Origin: a virus
Length of the DNA stretch: 64,000 bases
Reading direction: 5' to 3' (one strand)
IMG/VR virus record: IMGVR_UViG_3300025141_012665
Span: 10,647 to 74,646 of that record
The notes below the pieces were generated by a model that was not told the origin of the DNA, made no database searches, and was given only the letters and a program-made list of their open reading frames with translations. Below are positions 9,801-18,701 of this stretch, one piece after another. The position numbers were made by a program, and so were the translations under genes. Numbering within the stretch: the first letter of the stretch is position 1; the number at the start of each line of letters is the position of its first letter.

Positions 9801-12800
9801 ATTTAATGTGGCTACCATACGATTTCGAGAATTGTGACGCCATCTGCAAAGTTCTCTCTGCTGGATAGAACCCATCATATGCGATGAATTTCTTAATTGC
9901 CTTGCATTTTATCGTTATAGACCATGGCTCAACAAAGTCCTTGTGGTCGTCTTTTATGATATCAAAATGTTTAAGGAAGTCTGAATTTGTAAACACTTTA
10001 TAGAATTTATCTTCTGACTCGTTTTGCGGTATATTAGATCCAGTTGGCGCGCCTGGTATTTGTAAAGCTATCGGATTCGTCACTGTGAAATCATAATCAT
10101 TGTTCTTATAGAAACTCATATGCTCGCTTATGCGAAACTCTGGAATGATGGACATCGCCTGTCCTTTTGATCTTATCTCGGAAAACCATTCATCATAAGT
10201 ATCAGCGAATGGGGCCCGGGCCGAGGCGGTGAACGCGCTTGCGGTACCATAAGCTCTCCCTGCTTTGGTGCCTGCTTCCCATTTCGCCTGTCCTCGGAAC
10301 ATTGAACCTTTATGTAGGCCGAAGTTGTAGTCTGAAATACCAGGGGTTCTCAAGTGGTTTTGAACTCCAACCATACCCCACCGCGGTATAACTGAGGCTG
10401 TTGTTGGCATTATGTGGTATCGAGAGTATAGAGGGCCGCCTCTTAAGAACTTCCGGCCGCCGCCTTGTCGACTGCCTGAGTGGAACTGCACATTTCGATT
10501 TTGCAACTCACCGGGCTTATAGCCCGTTGCAGCATGGCCAACTAACCCACCAGTGACCGGATATGTCGTCTGCGTCTGTTCTGCAAAAGTTTCATCGGCA
10601 TCAAGGGCCCAAGCACTCTGTGCAAGGACATAACCCATGGAATTTCTATCCTTCTTGGTTGCTGCAAGAGTTGTCCTGTCTGTTCTGCTGTCTCTCCAGA
10701 AGTTATTCTGATAGCCTGTTCTGCCGCGGACCTTGTTTGTATATGAATTGGCGATTGACGGATATACCACCTCTGAATAGTGAACCCTTCTTACTCCAAC
10801 TACTGGACTGGTTGTGGAGTCCAGTGCGCCGTAAAGATACATTTTCTTTATCTCATCATAAGAAGAGAACCCTCTCCTTGCCTTAATTCCAGTCTTTTGG
10901 TTGAAATTATTATCATCAAAGTATGTTATGCCGTTTGCATATGTTGATCTGACCACAACGGCCTTGATATAATCAGCGCTGACTTCGATAGTGCGCCTCA
11001 CTCCAGACTTAACCAACAACTGCTGTGTAATTGGTTTACACCTAGAAGTAACAACGGACTGAGAAATAAATAGTGATGATGCATATTTGTCCCTAACAGT
11101 CATGAGGCCATTTGGAGTGCTTACGGTTTTTTCGACACCCCCAAGTGGAGTGTGGGTATAGATATTGTTTCTACGATAAAATCTTGCTAGAGCGCCTTCG
11201 CCAACCCTAATTTGCTTCCAAGTTGGGTGACCGTATGGGCCGTTGCGGTGGGAGAGAATAGAATTTAGCGCATATGCATCGTCGCGGAAAGTTTTGTTTG
11301 TCGCGGTCCAATAGCCAATTCTTTGTAAGAACGATTCGGGGTTTGATGTTGCCAGAGCATAGGCGCCCATGTCGGCCCAGTTATAATAATTGTAAGAAGA
11401 TGCCGGTAAAGCATACCCTAGGGTAAAATCTGAACCCGATATTGGCTCTACTATAGATGTATTAAGCCCAACAAAATCAACGGGCGTAAACTCGGCAGGA
11501 TTAGTAGCTCTCGCATACGGTACCGGCACAGTCCCAACAGCGCTACCTAAGAGATTTTCCGCACCCATGGCGCTGGAACTAACAAAGCTCACAGCAGCGA
11601 CCAATCCCGCGGATGAGGACGCAAGACCATCTTTTGGGAAATAGCCAAGAGATTCTGGATCACTGCTCAAGACGGACGCATTTATCCAAGTATATTGCCT
11701 ATCAGATCTTGGAATCATGTGTTGAACATAATAGTTATCATACATAGAGCCAGTTCCACACGCCGCGGCGTTGCCTCCGAATTGGTCATTTGTATAGACT
11801 ATTCGCTGAAGTTTATTTGCGTTAACCTTGTGATAGCTCGCAGTGGTATTCAAAGTATAATATTCAGCCTCTGAAATGAAAGAACCGGAACGAATTCCAA
11901 ATTGTTCAGATCTCTCGACCAATTGAGACTGCAATGGTTGTCGAATTACAAGATTTCTGTAATTTAAATTATTATATGGAGAATATTGTGCAGACGAGAA
12001 ATCCAAACCAGAGCCGCCGGCTGCATCACCCATGGTAGCTGGATCTCCAGGAGCAGAAAATCTTTCAACAATAACATGAGGCGTCTTTCTTCTCGTGGGC
12101 TTTGTGTAGTCCACCAGATCTGAAAACACCTCTGTTCCGGCGCTAGCGCTACTGTACCCTTCATTTCTGACGAAATCACTTTTATTAATAGACCGGTCAG
12201 AAGTCTGCACAATTTCATAAGTATTTGAATAGTTTCCTAGAATAGCAGAGGCCGTTGAATACTGTACATTCTTGATATTAACCGGTCGTTTGGCCAGGCC
12301 ATCACGATGATAACTAGCATACGCCGGCGGGTAATGCATGGAACTTCTGGTTGTAAAGGTATTTCCGTTATGTACCTCCCATGCTTCTGGGCGGTTGTCG
12401 GAAGAAGTTAGTGCAGGGTTTATAGTGGGAGAAATATGCCTATGTTGCTTTCCTCCAACATGCTCACCAGTAAAGGGGCCCTGCATTGGAGTTTCGTATG
12501 ATGGACCATAGACATCTGTATGATAGCCTGCGAACTCTACATTGCTAGTGTTGGATATGTATCCGGTGGTCGCAGATGAACTGTACAGTACCACTGGAGA
12601 GAACACCTCGGCTTTTCCATCTCCTTCAAATTCTCCGCTTATAGAAGAGTTGTCTGTTGTTGTTTGTTCAAACCTTCTTTTTGTTTCGACAATAGGCTTC
12701 CCAGTTTCAGCCGCGGCAATATCCTTAAAGCTACCTTTCGAAACCTTCAAGCTCGTAGGGGAGCCCGGTCGGATGATATTGGCCACAAGATCAGGTTTTT

Positions 12801-15800
12801 GTGATCTTGGAAAGTTATAGCCGCCATGGATAAGTCGATCAGGAGATGATTTAATATCCGCAGTAAGCTTAAACGGGGAAGATAGCTGCCTCAAAGAATA
12901 AGAGGATCCCTGATATCTGTCTGTTCCCTGCCCGCCAAAGTGCTCTTTACTATAAGAAGAAGAATTAAAACTCAGTATAATATCGTTAATGGATCCTCTG
13001 GCGCTGTTTATCGATGTGGATGTTCCGAAGCGTGCATTGTCCCTACCTGCTCTTTCTCTCCACCAAAGAGCATTTGTGCCCTGAGCATCACTTACGGGGG
13101 CGTGGCCATGTTTCCAGTCATAGGCAAGCTCCCCTATTCCTTTCACGCCCCCCTCAACCCCCTCAATCGCCGTGGCCGCGGTATTTAGATCGTTGACCAT
13201 CGGATATTGGTGCCGGTAGCTACTTCTTTCGAAAATGTGGCTCTCAACAACAGTTCTGATCTCGTCTGCAACATTTGCTGAAGCTGGAACTAGCTGCTGG
13301 ATCATTACAGACAAAGAATTATCGATCCATTTATAGTAATCGATAAACTTGTCGAGATCCGGATTGTTCTCGATTTTCTCAAAGAATAGTGCGCGCAACC
13401 TGTCTAAGTCTTTGTAGCCGCTGCGATATTTGCTTGTTACTTCGCCAATAAGATTATTAAACTCAACAATCGTTCCGAATATATTTAACATCTCCTGAGA
13501 GATTATTCCGTACATGCTCTTTTCAAAAGCAAAGAATGTCTGTGAAACTGCGGGATCGCTGGGGAAAAGATCGTCGTCCTGCGACAACACATTAACTGCA
13601 TCATCACTATTAACTACTTCCGGCAGTCTTTGCTTTGAAGATGCGACATAATTCTTATCAACGACTTTAGCGGAGCTTGTTGTAGAAGGGAAATATCCGC
13701 GGCCGGCGTACATATTGGCTATGATGTGCGATAAGTTTCCGTCACTTGGATAACGAGATCGAAGAGATACGGATCCTGAACAAGCGTCGTCAACCTCAAA
13801 CTGACCAAGCGCATCAGAGCCGGTTATTTGTGAGAAGTCCCAGTGCAAGGCCAGCGTTTCACTCTCTAAGAGTTCATTGTTGTCGACCTTATAATCTGTG
13901 GAGTCTGCGGCAAATATGGTATTACGGGCAGGATGAAGAACACCAAAGTTTTCTGGATCCAGAGAGTGTGCCTTAATTACGGCATCATTAAGATATGTGG
14001 CCCAATGGCGCACTGATGATATTTTTACATCTGTATTTGTTGCGATGGCGCCGGTGAAGTTGGTTCGTGAGGCTCCAGCATAGTATCTCCTATGTCCGGT
14101 CAAGAATTTATCATTGAGACCCGATGCAGTTAAGGAAAATTGATTTTTGACTACGCCATATTCAGTATTGTATCCGATAAACTCCATTTTAACATCATTG
14201 GGGGTACCAGATCCAGTGATGCCCGTAGAATAGGGCCACTTTGCATCTTTGAATCTAACTGCGAAGTTCCACTTTTGATTATCATATACATTGCTGTATA
14301 CACTACTAGTCAGGCTAAATCCCGGAAGCGCGCTTGAGGTTATCTGGAAATATACATCTTTTGATTCTTCATGTGTCCGGACAGCGTAAATTTCAAAGTT
14401 TTGATCGAGTATAGTGTTGGCCGGCCAATTGAACTTGGATGGATCCGCTGAAGCCGTGTGGTAGCCGAAGATTGATGCGGACAAAAACGGAGTATAGAAA
14501 TGGCCAGTGTCTGAAAATTCGAGTTTTCGTGGGAAGATGACCTCCACCTCTGCCGTGTTTGCAAAGTTGGCGTTTGTTCCGGAAACATAGGTCACATCAG
14601 TAGTTTCAGTATTACTAGAAGAATTCTGATATACCGTTCCGCCGAAACGATCAAGGCTGTTAAAATCGATATAATTTTTTCTTATTGTGCTATTATAATA
14701 TGTATCATCGAGCTTAAATGTCGTATTGTTGCCGTAAGCATTAAATTTGATAACTTCATCCCCAAGCCCATAGCAGTGAATGAGGTTGCGGAACGCTTTT
14801 TCAGTTCCTTTTGATTTATAAATAAAGATAAGGTTGTTGTATATGTTCTGATAAATTTGATTCTTTACATCATTTATATCAACAGAGTATTCTTTATCAT
14901 CTTTTCGATTCGCGAAATGCTCAAGGATGCTAGCTTCGACGAATATTTCTGGTGCATAAAGCCCTTGTGAACTCAACAAGTGATCTGAAAACGGTACCGT
15001 TTTCATATGACTGGCTGTTGGATATGAAGCTTCTGCGAATTCTGAAAGGCTCTCCACCTGTAAATGCAGAGTATCAAAATATGATCCCATAATCTGCGTA
15101 ATTTTATCTAAGTGGCCGGCGCCGTTAAGTTCCTCATCTTCTTGGATCCACGAAGGAATAGAATCTTTTATGCTCGCATTGTTCTGATTATCATATACAC
15201 TGCCGGTTGCAGCAAGCGTATTATAAAGAGATTGAACCTCGTCATGATGCGAGTATATAATCGGATCTTCAAATTCTGATGGGGCTGCGGAGGCGGAGAT
15301 GATGGCCGATCCAGTGTTTCTAGCATTGCTGCTTGGGTACCCAACCCAGTCTCCATTTGAAATGCGGCCGGAGTAATCTAAAACAGATCTATCGACTGAG
15401 CTTGTGCCCGTAATTCCTTCGTTGAACTTATAATAAACGCCCAATTCGGCGTTCGCAATGTCCTTGTTTGTTCCGCCGCGAACTTGAGTCCACCAGTTTC
15501 TCTGAATATCTCTTTCTGTTCTTTTGCTTTTCCAATAGCGGAACTCGTCAAGAGAGCCAGAAAACTTACCATATCCAGTCATATTAAGCGCTGCGCTGGT
15601 ACCATCAAAATAGGAGTTGCCGGAAGGCGCTGTTTGAAGGGCGCCGATATATGCGATAAGAGAGCCGGTCACTTGACCAAAGGGAACCGTGGTGGTCGTC
15701 TGAGAATCTTGTAGGGTCCCGTTTAAGTAAAAATTTGTCTGCAACTGGTTATCGGCCGAACTGGACAGGAATGTGAAAGCAACATGGTTCCAAGTATCTT

Positions 15801-17136
15801 TTAGGGATGCAGTGGTGGTGGTTGATCCTCCAAAAGACATATCCCATACATTCGAACCAGAAGCGAGATGAACTTTAAACGGATTCTCTGAGTTGCTGCT
15901 ACCAGACAAGGTTATCAACAATCGTCCATATCCAACGCTCGATGAGGCGGCCCCATTCCAGAGATCAAAGACTGCTTCCTCTGCCGGCCGGGCTCGGTGG
16001 GCAACGCGTGATGTGGGGGAGATAAAATCTACTGAGGATGAGAAACTATATGGCTGATATACCGTGTGGGCGGGCACGGCACTGATAGGGGTATTATGCG
16101 GAGGCAGAGAGAAGTAATTGAAAATACCATGATTTCCCGCGGGACCATGAGTCGCCTGTATTAGCTGAACTACATTGCTCATGGCGCTGGGCTGCGATGC
16201 GATTATTTTGCCGTTATGGCCGTTCTCGTGATTAATTGCTGTAACAACCTTAGCAGCTATAGCATTTGCCGACGAATCGCCAGTGATATCGATGCGCACA
16301 CGACGAGGATTAGTCAAAGTGGTGCCGGTCTGGGATCCGTCTTGATCATCATCAAATTGATACTGCCTTCCTGTTCCGTCAGAAGACGACATGACAAGAT
16401 AGTGGCCGTCGTATTCACTGGGCGTGCTGGAGACGATCATGACCGAGCCTCTAGCTCGTCCATATTGATAATCTCCTTTTTTGATCCAAAATTCTGTTGA
16501 AACTCCTTTCGACAAATCAAATTTAAGGTTTGATTCTCGCGTACCCACTCTGCCCATGGAATCGACACCTTCGAAGCCATAAATATCAGAGTTGTAAATA
16601 TTGGAATCATCAAATGTCAATGCCAAAGAGCCAGACATGCCACCGGAGGCGGTATGTGGGCCGCCGACAACCTTAATGTATTCTAAGTCTGCGGAGGCAG
16701 GGGCACCGAACCCTCCGTGAGGACTATCACCAGCACCAGTTAAAGCAGAACCTGGGCTTGAAATAGTCCCCCACCCATCAGCAGAAAAATTAATATAACC
16801 AGTTGTGCGTGGATATTCATTTTCAAACAAATATAAGTCAAGATATGCTGACTTATTAAAGAATTCTTGCTTCTCGCGAGCGGTACCATCATAAGGATAT
16901 TGATTGTATATGCGAGAAATCGCATCCTTATAGTAGGCCTCGGCCGAACCATAATGAACAAAGTTGTTTGGATCGCTGAAATCTACAAGAGGAATAAATC
17001 GATCTATTCTTTCTCTTTGTTCTTTTATATTTTCTGAAGACTCTAACTCAGGAGTATTGCGAACAACCTCTTCTTCGAGGCTGGTTTTTGCAATTATTCC
17101 TGTTGTCTTTTCACTGAATAAATCTTTTATGCCCAT
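6847..17136 (-). CDS. Giant virion protein (3429 aa) with LamG/concanavalin-A-like lectin domain(s); baseplate/tail associated
   Basis: LamG_3-type motifs STEFWIKK...DTWNHVAFTF...NFYLNGTL...FSGSLDEFRYW...YYKFNEG. IYKSKGTEKAFRNLIHCYG resembles the P2 gpI/T4 gp7-type 'KGT' motif. Lies two genes downstream of the gp6-like gene. Confidence 0.75.
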   Translation of the reverse strand: MGIKDLFSEKTTGIIAKTSLEEEVVRNTPELESSENIKEQRERIDRFIPLVDFSDPNNFVHYGSAEAYYKDAISRIYNQYPYDGTAREKQEFFNKSAYLDLYLFENEYPRTTGYINFSADGWGTISSPGSALTGAGDSPHGGFGAPASADLEYIKVVGGPHTASGGMSGSLALTFDDSNIYNSDIYGFEGVDSMGRVGTRESNLKFDLSKGVSTEFWIKKGDYQYGRARGSVMIVSSTPSEYDGHYLVMSSSDGTGRQYQFDDDQDGSQTGTTLTNPRRVRIDITGDSSANAIAAKVVTAINHENGHNGKIIASQPSAMSNVVQLIQATHGPAGNHGIFNYFSLPPHNTPISAVPAHTVYQPYSFSSSVDFISPTSRVAHRARPAEEAVFDLWNGAASSSVGYGRLLITLSGSSNSENPFKVHLASGSNVWDMSFGGSTTTTASLKDTWNHVAFTFLSSSADNQLQTNFYLNGTLQDSQTTTTVPFGQVTGSLIAYIGALQTAPSGNSYFDGTSAALNMTGYGKFSGSLDEFRYWKSKRTERDIQRNWWTQVRGGTNKDIANAELGVYYKFNEGITGTSSVDRSVLDYSGRISNGDWVGYPSSNARNTGSAIISASAAPSEFEDPIIYSHHDEVQSLYNTLAATGSVYDNQNNASIKDSIPSWIQEDEELNGAGHLDKITQIMGSYFDTLHLQVESLSEFAEASYPTASHMKTVPFSDHLLSSQGLYAPEIFVEASILEHFANRKDDKEYSVDINDVKNQIYQNIYNNLIFIYKSKGTEKAFRNLIHCYGLGDEVIKFNAYGNNTTFKLDDTYYNSTIRKNYIDFNSLDRFGGTVYQNSSSNTETTDVTYVSGTNANFANTAEVEVIFPRKLEFSDTGHFYTPFLSASIFGYHTASADPSKFNWPANTILDQNFEIYAVRTHEESKDVYFQITSSALPGFSLTSSVYSNVYDNQKWNFAVRFKDAKWPYSTGITGSGTPNDVKMEFIGYNTEYGVVKNQFSLTASGLNDKFLTGHRRYYAGASRTNFTGAIATNTDVKISSVRHWATYLNDAVIKAHSLDPENFGVLHPARNTIFAADSTDYKVDNNELLESETLALHWDFSQITGSDALGQFEVDDACSGSVSLRSRYPSDGNLSHIIANMYAGRGYFPSTTSSAKVVDKNYVASSKQRLPEVVNSDDAVNVLSQDDDLFPSDPAVSQTFFAFEKSMYGIISQEMLNIFGTIVEFNNLIGEVTSKYRSGYKDLDRLRALFFEKIENNPDLDKFIDYYKWIDNSLSVMIQQLVPASANVADEIRTVVESHIFERSSYRHQYPMVNDLNTAATAIEGVEGGVKGIGELAYDWKHGHAPVSDAQGTNALWWRERAGRDNARFGTSTSINSARGSINDIILSFNSSSYSKEHFGGQGTDRYQGSSYSLRQLSSPFKLTADIKSSPDRLIHGGYNFPRSQKPDLVANIIRPGSPTSLKVSKGSFKDIAAAETGKPIVETKRRFEQTTTDNSSISGEFEGDGKAEVFSPVVLYSSSATTGYISNTSNVEFAGYHTDVYGPSYETPMQGPFTGEHVGGKQHRHISPTINPALTSSDNRPEAWEVHNGNTFTTRSSMHYPPAYASYHRDGLAKRPVNIKNVQYSTASAILGNYSNTYEIVQTSDRSINKSDFVRNEGYSSASAGTEVFSDLVDYTKPTRRKTPHVIVERFSAPGDPATMGDAAGGSGLDFSSAQYSPYNNLNYRNLVIRQPLQSQLVERSEQFGIRSGSFISEAEYYTLNTTASYHKVNANKLQRIVYTNDQFGGNAAACGTGSMYDNYYVQHMIPRSDRQYTWINASVLSSDPESLGYFPKDGLASSSAGLVAAVSFVSSSAMGAENLLGSAVGTVPVPYARATNPAEFTPVDFVGLNTSIVEPISGSDFTLGYALPASSYNYYNWADMGAYALATSNPESFLQRIGYWTATNKTFRDDAYALNSILSHRNGPYGHPTWKQIRVGEGALARFYRRNNIYTHTPLGGVEKTVSTPNGLMTVRDKYASSLFISQSVVTSRCKPITQQLLVKSGVRRTIEVSADYIKAVVVRSTYANGITYFDDNNFNQKTGIKARRGFSSYDEIKKMYLYGALDSTTSPVVGVRRVHYSEVVYPSIANSYTNKVRGRTGYQNNFWRDSRTDRTTLAATKKDRNSMGYVLAQSAWALDADETFAEQTQTTYPVTGGLVGHAATGYKPGELQNRNVQFHSGSRQGGGRKFLRGGPLYSRYHIMPTTASVIPRWGMVGVQNHLRTPGISDYNFGLHKGSMFRGQAKWEAGTKAGRAYGTASAFTASARAPFADTYDEWFSEIRSKGQAMSIIPEFRISEHMSFYKNNDYDFTVTNPIALQIPGAPTGSNIPQNESEDKFYKVFTNSDFLKHFDIIKDDHKDFVEPWSITIKCKAIKKFIAYDGFYPAERTLQMASQFSKSYGSHIKYTGANRAQAAALRSFVTPLFAPGILYNTIKSGIAVDYPIMTGSFAKRPIFDLNSAYTDPATATGEYQQQLYSASFAIASNSRPVAATYDHGHGWDKRIPFEALLEPERYMSYVNIADDEPSPYCWVDATSSWAGRGNNLYKYMMHNFLAETTSFFMKGGTTTSLKSKPESEWLSITPGRPYGMRIKIRRSMNSVKPPTGPWGEFPLPQNAALFSAYEPEVVEIGDYEATQMRAMGAGSNNATPRENFTMYSRPSAFGPPLAGVMPTNNAGMYRASGSIFEFGSDNGIYGSHTPPYYDGESWIDIVHYSKGLVAVSSSHPTRPHTWAMVSGSDVEYPAYQPTMTEIFSLANAAVFNSGDGGTPGDGTFVRYWRYDQEELGRNLGSAIPSSYHRYNAAGIGPAGGSYINNWAMQGDASLNIFKQDGTRWSIESKFETPMLNFNHVTSSDGTFTPRDSLDASSTIPRGMWHQFGRLPKADEGVFLEVTDIPDGWLANHPSATLIHDPAGIISANNRTPRIHDNLTSANISTISYYNQYNLPQASFSAFGSDYSVQSMGSLIDVCGFGTAPKKFGKLRGSKKIWEAIVAIPFIIKKGRRKFFTLPPDDSGVMPGPSIADQMIKMQKYVIPPKFDFTRNDTAKKIAMYIFEFEHKLDKDDLSHIWQNLPPKLGVKAESARATVSHELFTNELMGNWKSVANLQATTTERSGIKSEVRWMVFKAKQRAKTDYFGTMGNAQHSAYADIPEYSYNWPYDFCSIVEMASLEPEIEFGVEEMKLKDAVQAKLNAEAEAWFGATLGTVGGTSAGAAQFQSILSTGPAGITNNISAFTSNLVTDEDKKAQRSAEWANFMASSNKSLTGVWDDYANDLAIDEGVDEFNWGSFTSLLSSILIIIGGTVAAIMTGGAAGVLIMGLAAVSSALSAAGSGYLYARYPEAIAEKVEPILWRQQGNWINNAVIPTARDREHGTHFLKTTSTGTSHSITGGGNL

Positions 17137-17138
17137 CT

Positions 17139-18701
17139 TTAACTCTGCCTCGATTCGACCCTAAACTTAAATGTTTCTGGTTGTTCGACCCAAGATCCGA
17201 CAGAGTTGTTATAATAAGCAAATTTTATTCCGTACATATAACCAGGCTCTAGCATGTTCATGCCTAAGTCAAAGTAACTTCCAGATACATCAAAAGACAT
17301 TTGAGTATGTCGGAGGCTTCCCGTCCCATATGGAATAATTTTCAAATCATCTGCGACTCTGTGAATTTCATACGAACCACTCTCAACTATATTGGTTTCT
17401 GCTTGCGCGACTGCCTTAGTATAAATAGTTGGGCTCCAATCTTTTTGGCGAGTGTAAACTCTGAAGCGCGCTGTTTCGTCATCGCGGTATACGGTTTTCA
17501 AATTTGTAATACTGGAAACATATTCTGTTGATGGCGCCATTGATGAGACGCTGATACTTTTTGGCTTTATCGAGCCAGTATGGTAACGAGTTGCGGCCGT
17601 TGTCGAGTCAGAAACTGTATCGGCAGATTTAAACCATACATCATAGAGCGTACTAAGAGGAGTCGATGCAGCGGTGAGAGCAAGGCTGGCCGTATAGATG
17701 CCCGTTGAAACATAGCCTCCCGTAACAACTGTATTCGCCGCTGTACGGACGCTAGATCCATCAGAAACCAAAATAAGTGCTGATCCGCTTGGCGCGGAAT
17801 CGCCGGCATTACCAGAAAAGAAGCTTACACAGATATTGCCCGTACCGACAGCGGGAATATTTCTCAATTGTCCTCGAAAATAATTATACAGATAAAGCGT
17901 GTTCATGTTATCCTCTGCCGTAGCAAGAGAACTACTATAATAGAAATTTCCTCTATCGTCTTTTTTCGAAGAATCCCATCGAGCCTCAATACATGGTCGC
18001 TTAAAGAAAAACTCGGTACCTCTCCCAAAGAACTTCTTAGTGTAATAGGATCGTTTAGCTGACTCATAAGTGTTTGATATAAATACGCCCACACCCTCGT
18101 CATTTTTAGATCCTAAATTTACGGCTGCTTTTGAATTAGCAGACGAGCTTACCCACTGCTCAACAAGGGTAGTGATATCAAGTTCAATATCCTCAACGCC
18201 GACAGGGAAAGATGCGGTGAAGGAAGAAGTTGTATCAACATAATAATCTCCACCCTCTTTTGTCCAGGTTGTAATGCCAGCAGACGATGTTAGACGATTA
18301 ATCCAGTTTGAGCTTCCCTTATCTTTGTATGCGTCCATATCTAGTCCAGAGCCTTCTTTCCAGTGACCATTAACAGCAGAAACATCCATTGTAAAATCCT
18401 TTGGAAGGGTTTGGCTATGAGGAGTATTAAACATTCTCAGATAGAAACTAACGCTACCGCTGACTGGAATTTTCCCGTCTGTTCTATCTTGTTTTATAGA
18501 GTTCGCTGATGCAGTAACATCAAACTTAAGCAATGCGCGGGATTTTTCAGCAGAAGATGAGTTTGCCTGTCCATATATTGAAAACACTTCCAGAATATCA
18601 GAGGCGCCCATATTAGAACCCGTCGCCCTTGTGGATAAATTCTCCTCAAAGGCGTTAGTTATTGTATTATCAGATTTTGCAAAATATCTTTTAATGGCCA
18701 T
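17139..18701 (-). CDS. DNRLRE-like domain virion protein (520 aa)
   Basis: SDNTI...KSRALLKFDV...WKEGSG...W...GGDY...IELDITTLVEQW pattern resembles DNRLRE/CBM96-like domains. Immediately downstream of the baseplate wedge gene. Confidence 0.6.
   Translation of the reverse strand: MAIKRYFAKSDNTITNAFEENLSTRATGSNMGASDILEVFSIYGQANSSSAEKSRALLKFDVTASANSIKQDRTDGKIPVSGSVSFYLRMFNTPHSQTLPKDFTMDVSAVNGHWKEGSGLDMDAYKDKGSSNWINRLTSSAGITTWTKEGGDYYVDTTSSFTASFPVGVEDIELDITTLVEQWVSSSANSKAAVNLGSKNDEGVGVFISNTYESAKRSYYTKKFFGRGTEFFFKRPCIEARWDSSKKDDRGNFYYSSSLATAEDNMNTLYLYNYFRGQLRNIPAVGTGNICVSFFSGNAGDSAPSGSALILVSDGSSVRTAANTVVTGGYVSTGIYTASLALTAASTPLSTLYDVWFKSADTVSDSTTAATRYHTGSIKPKSISVSSMAPSTEYVSSITNLKTVYRDDETARFRVYTRQKDWSPTIYTKAVAQAETNIVESGSYEIHRVADDLKIIPYGTGSLRHTQMSFDVSGSYFDLGMNMLEPGYMYGIKFAYYNNSVGSWVEQPETFKFRVESRQS

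Noticed and set aside
15982-16470. Intein in the 3429-aa protein
   Set aside because: Splice-junction residues and homing-endonuclease motifs are absent.
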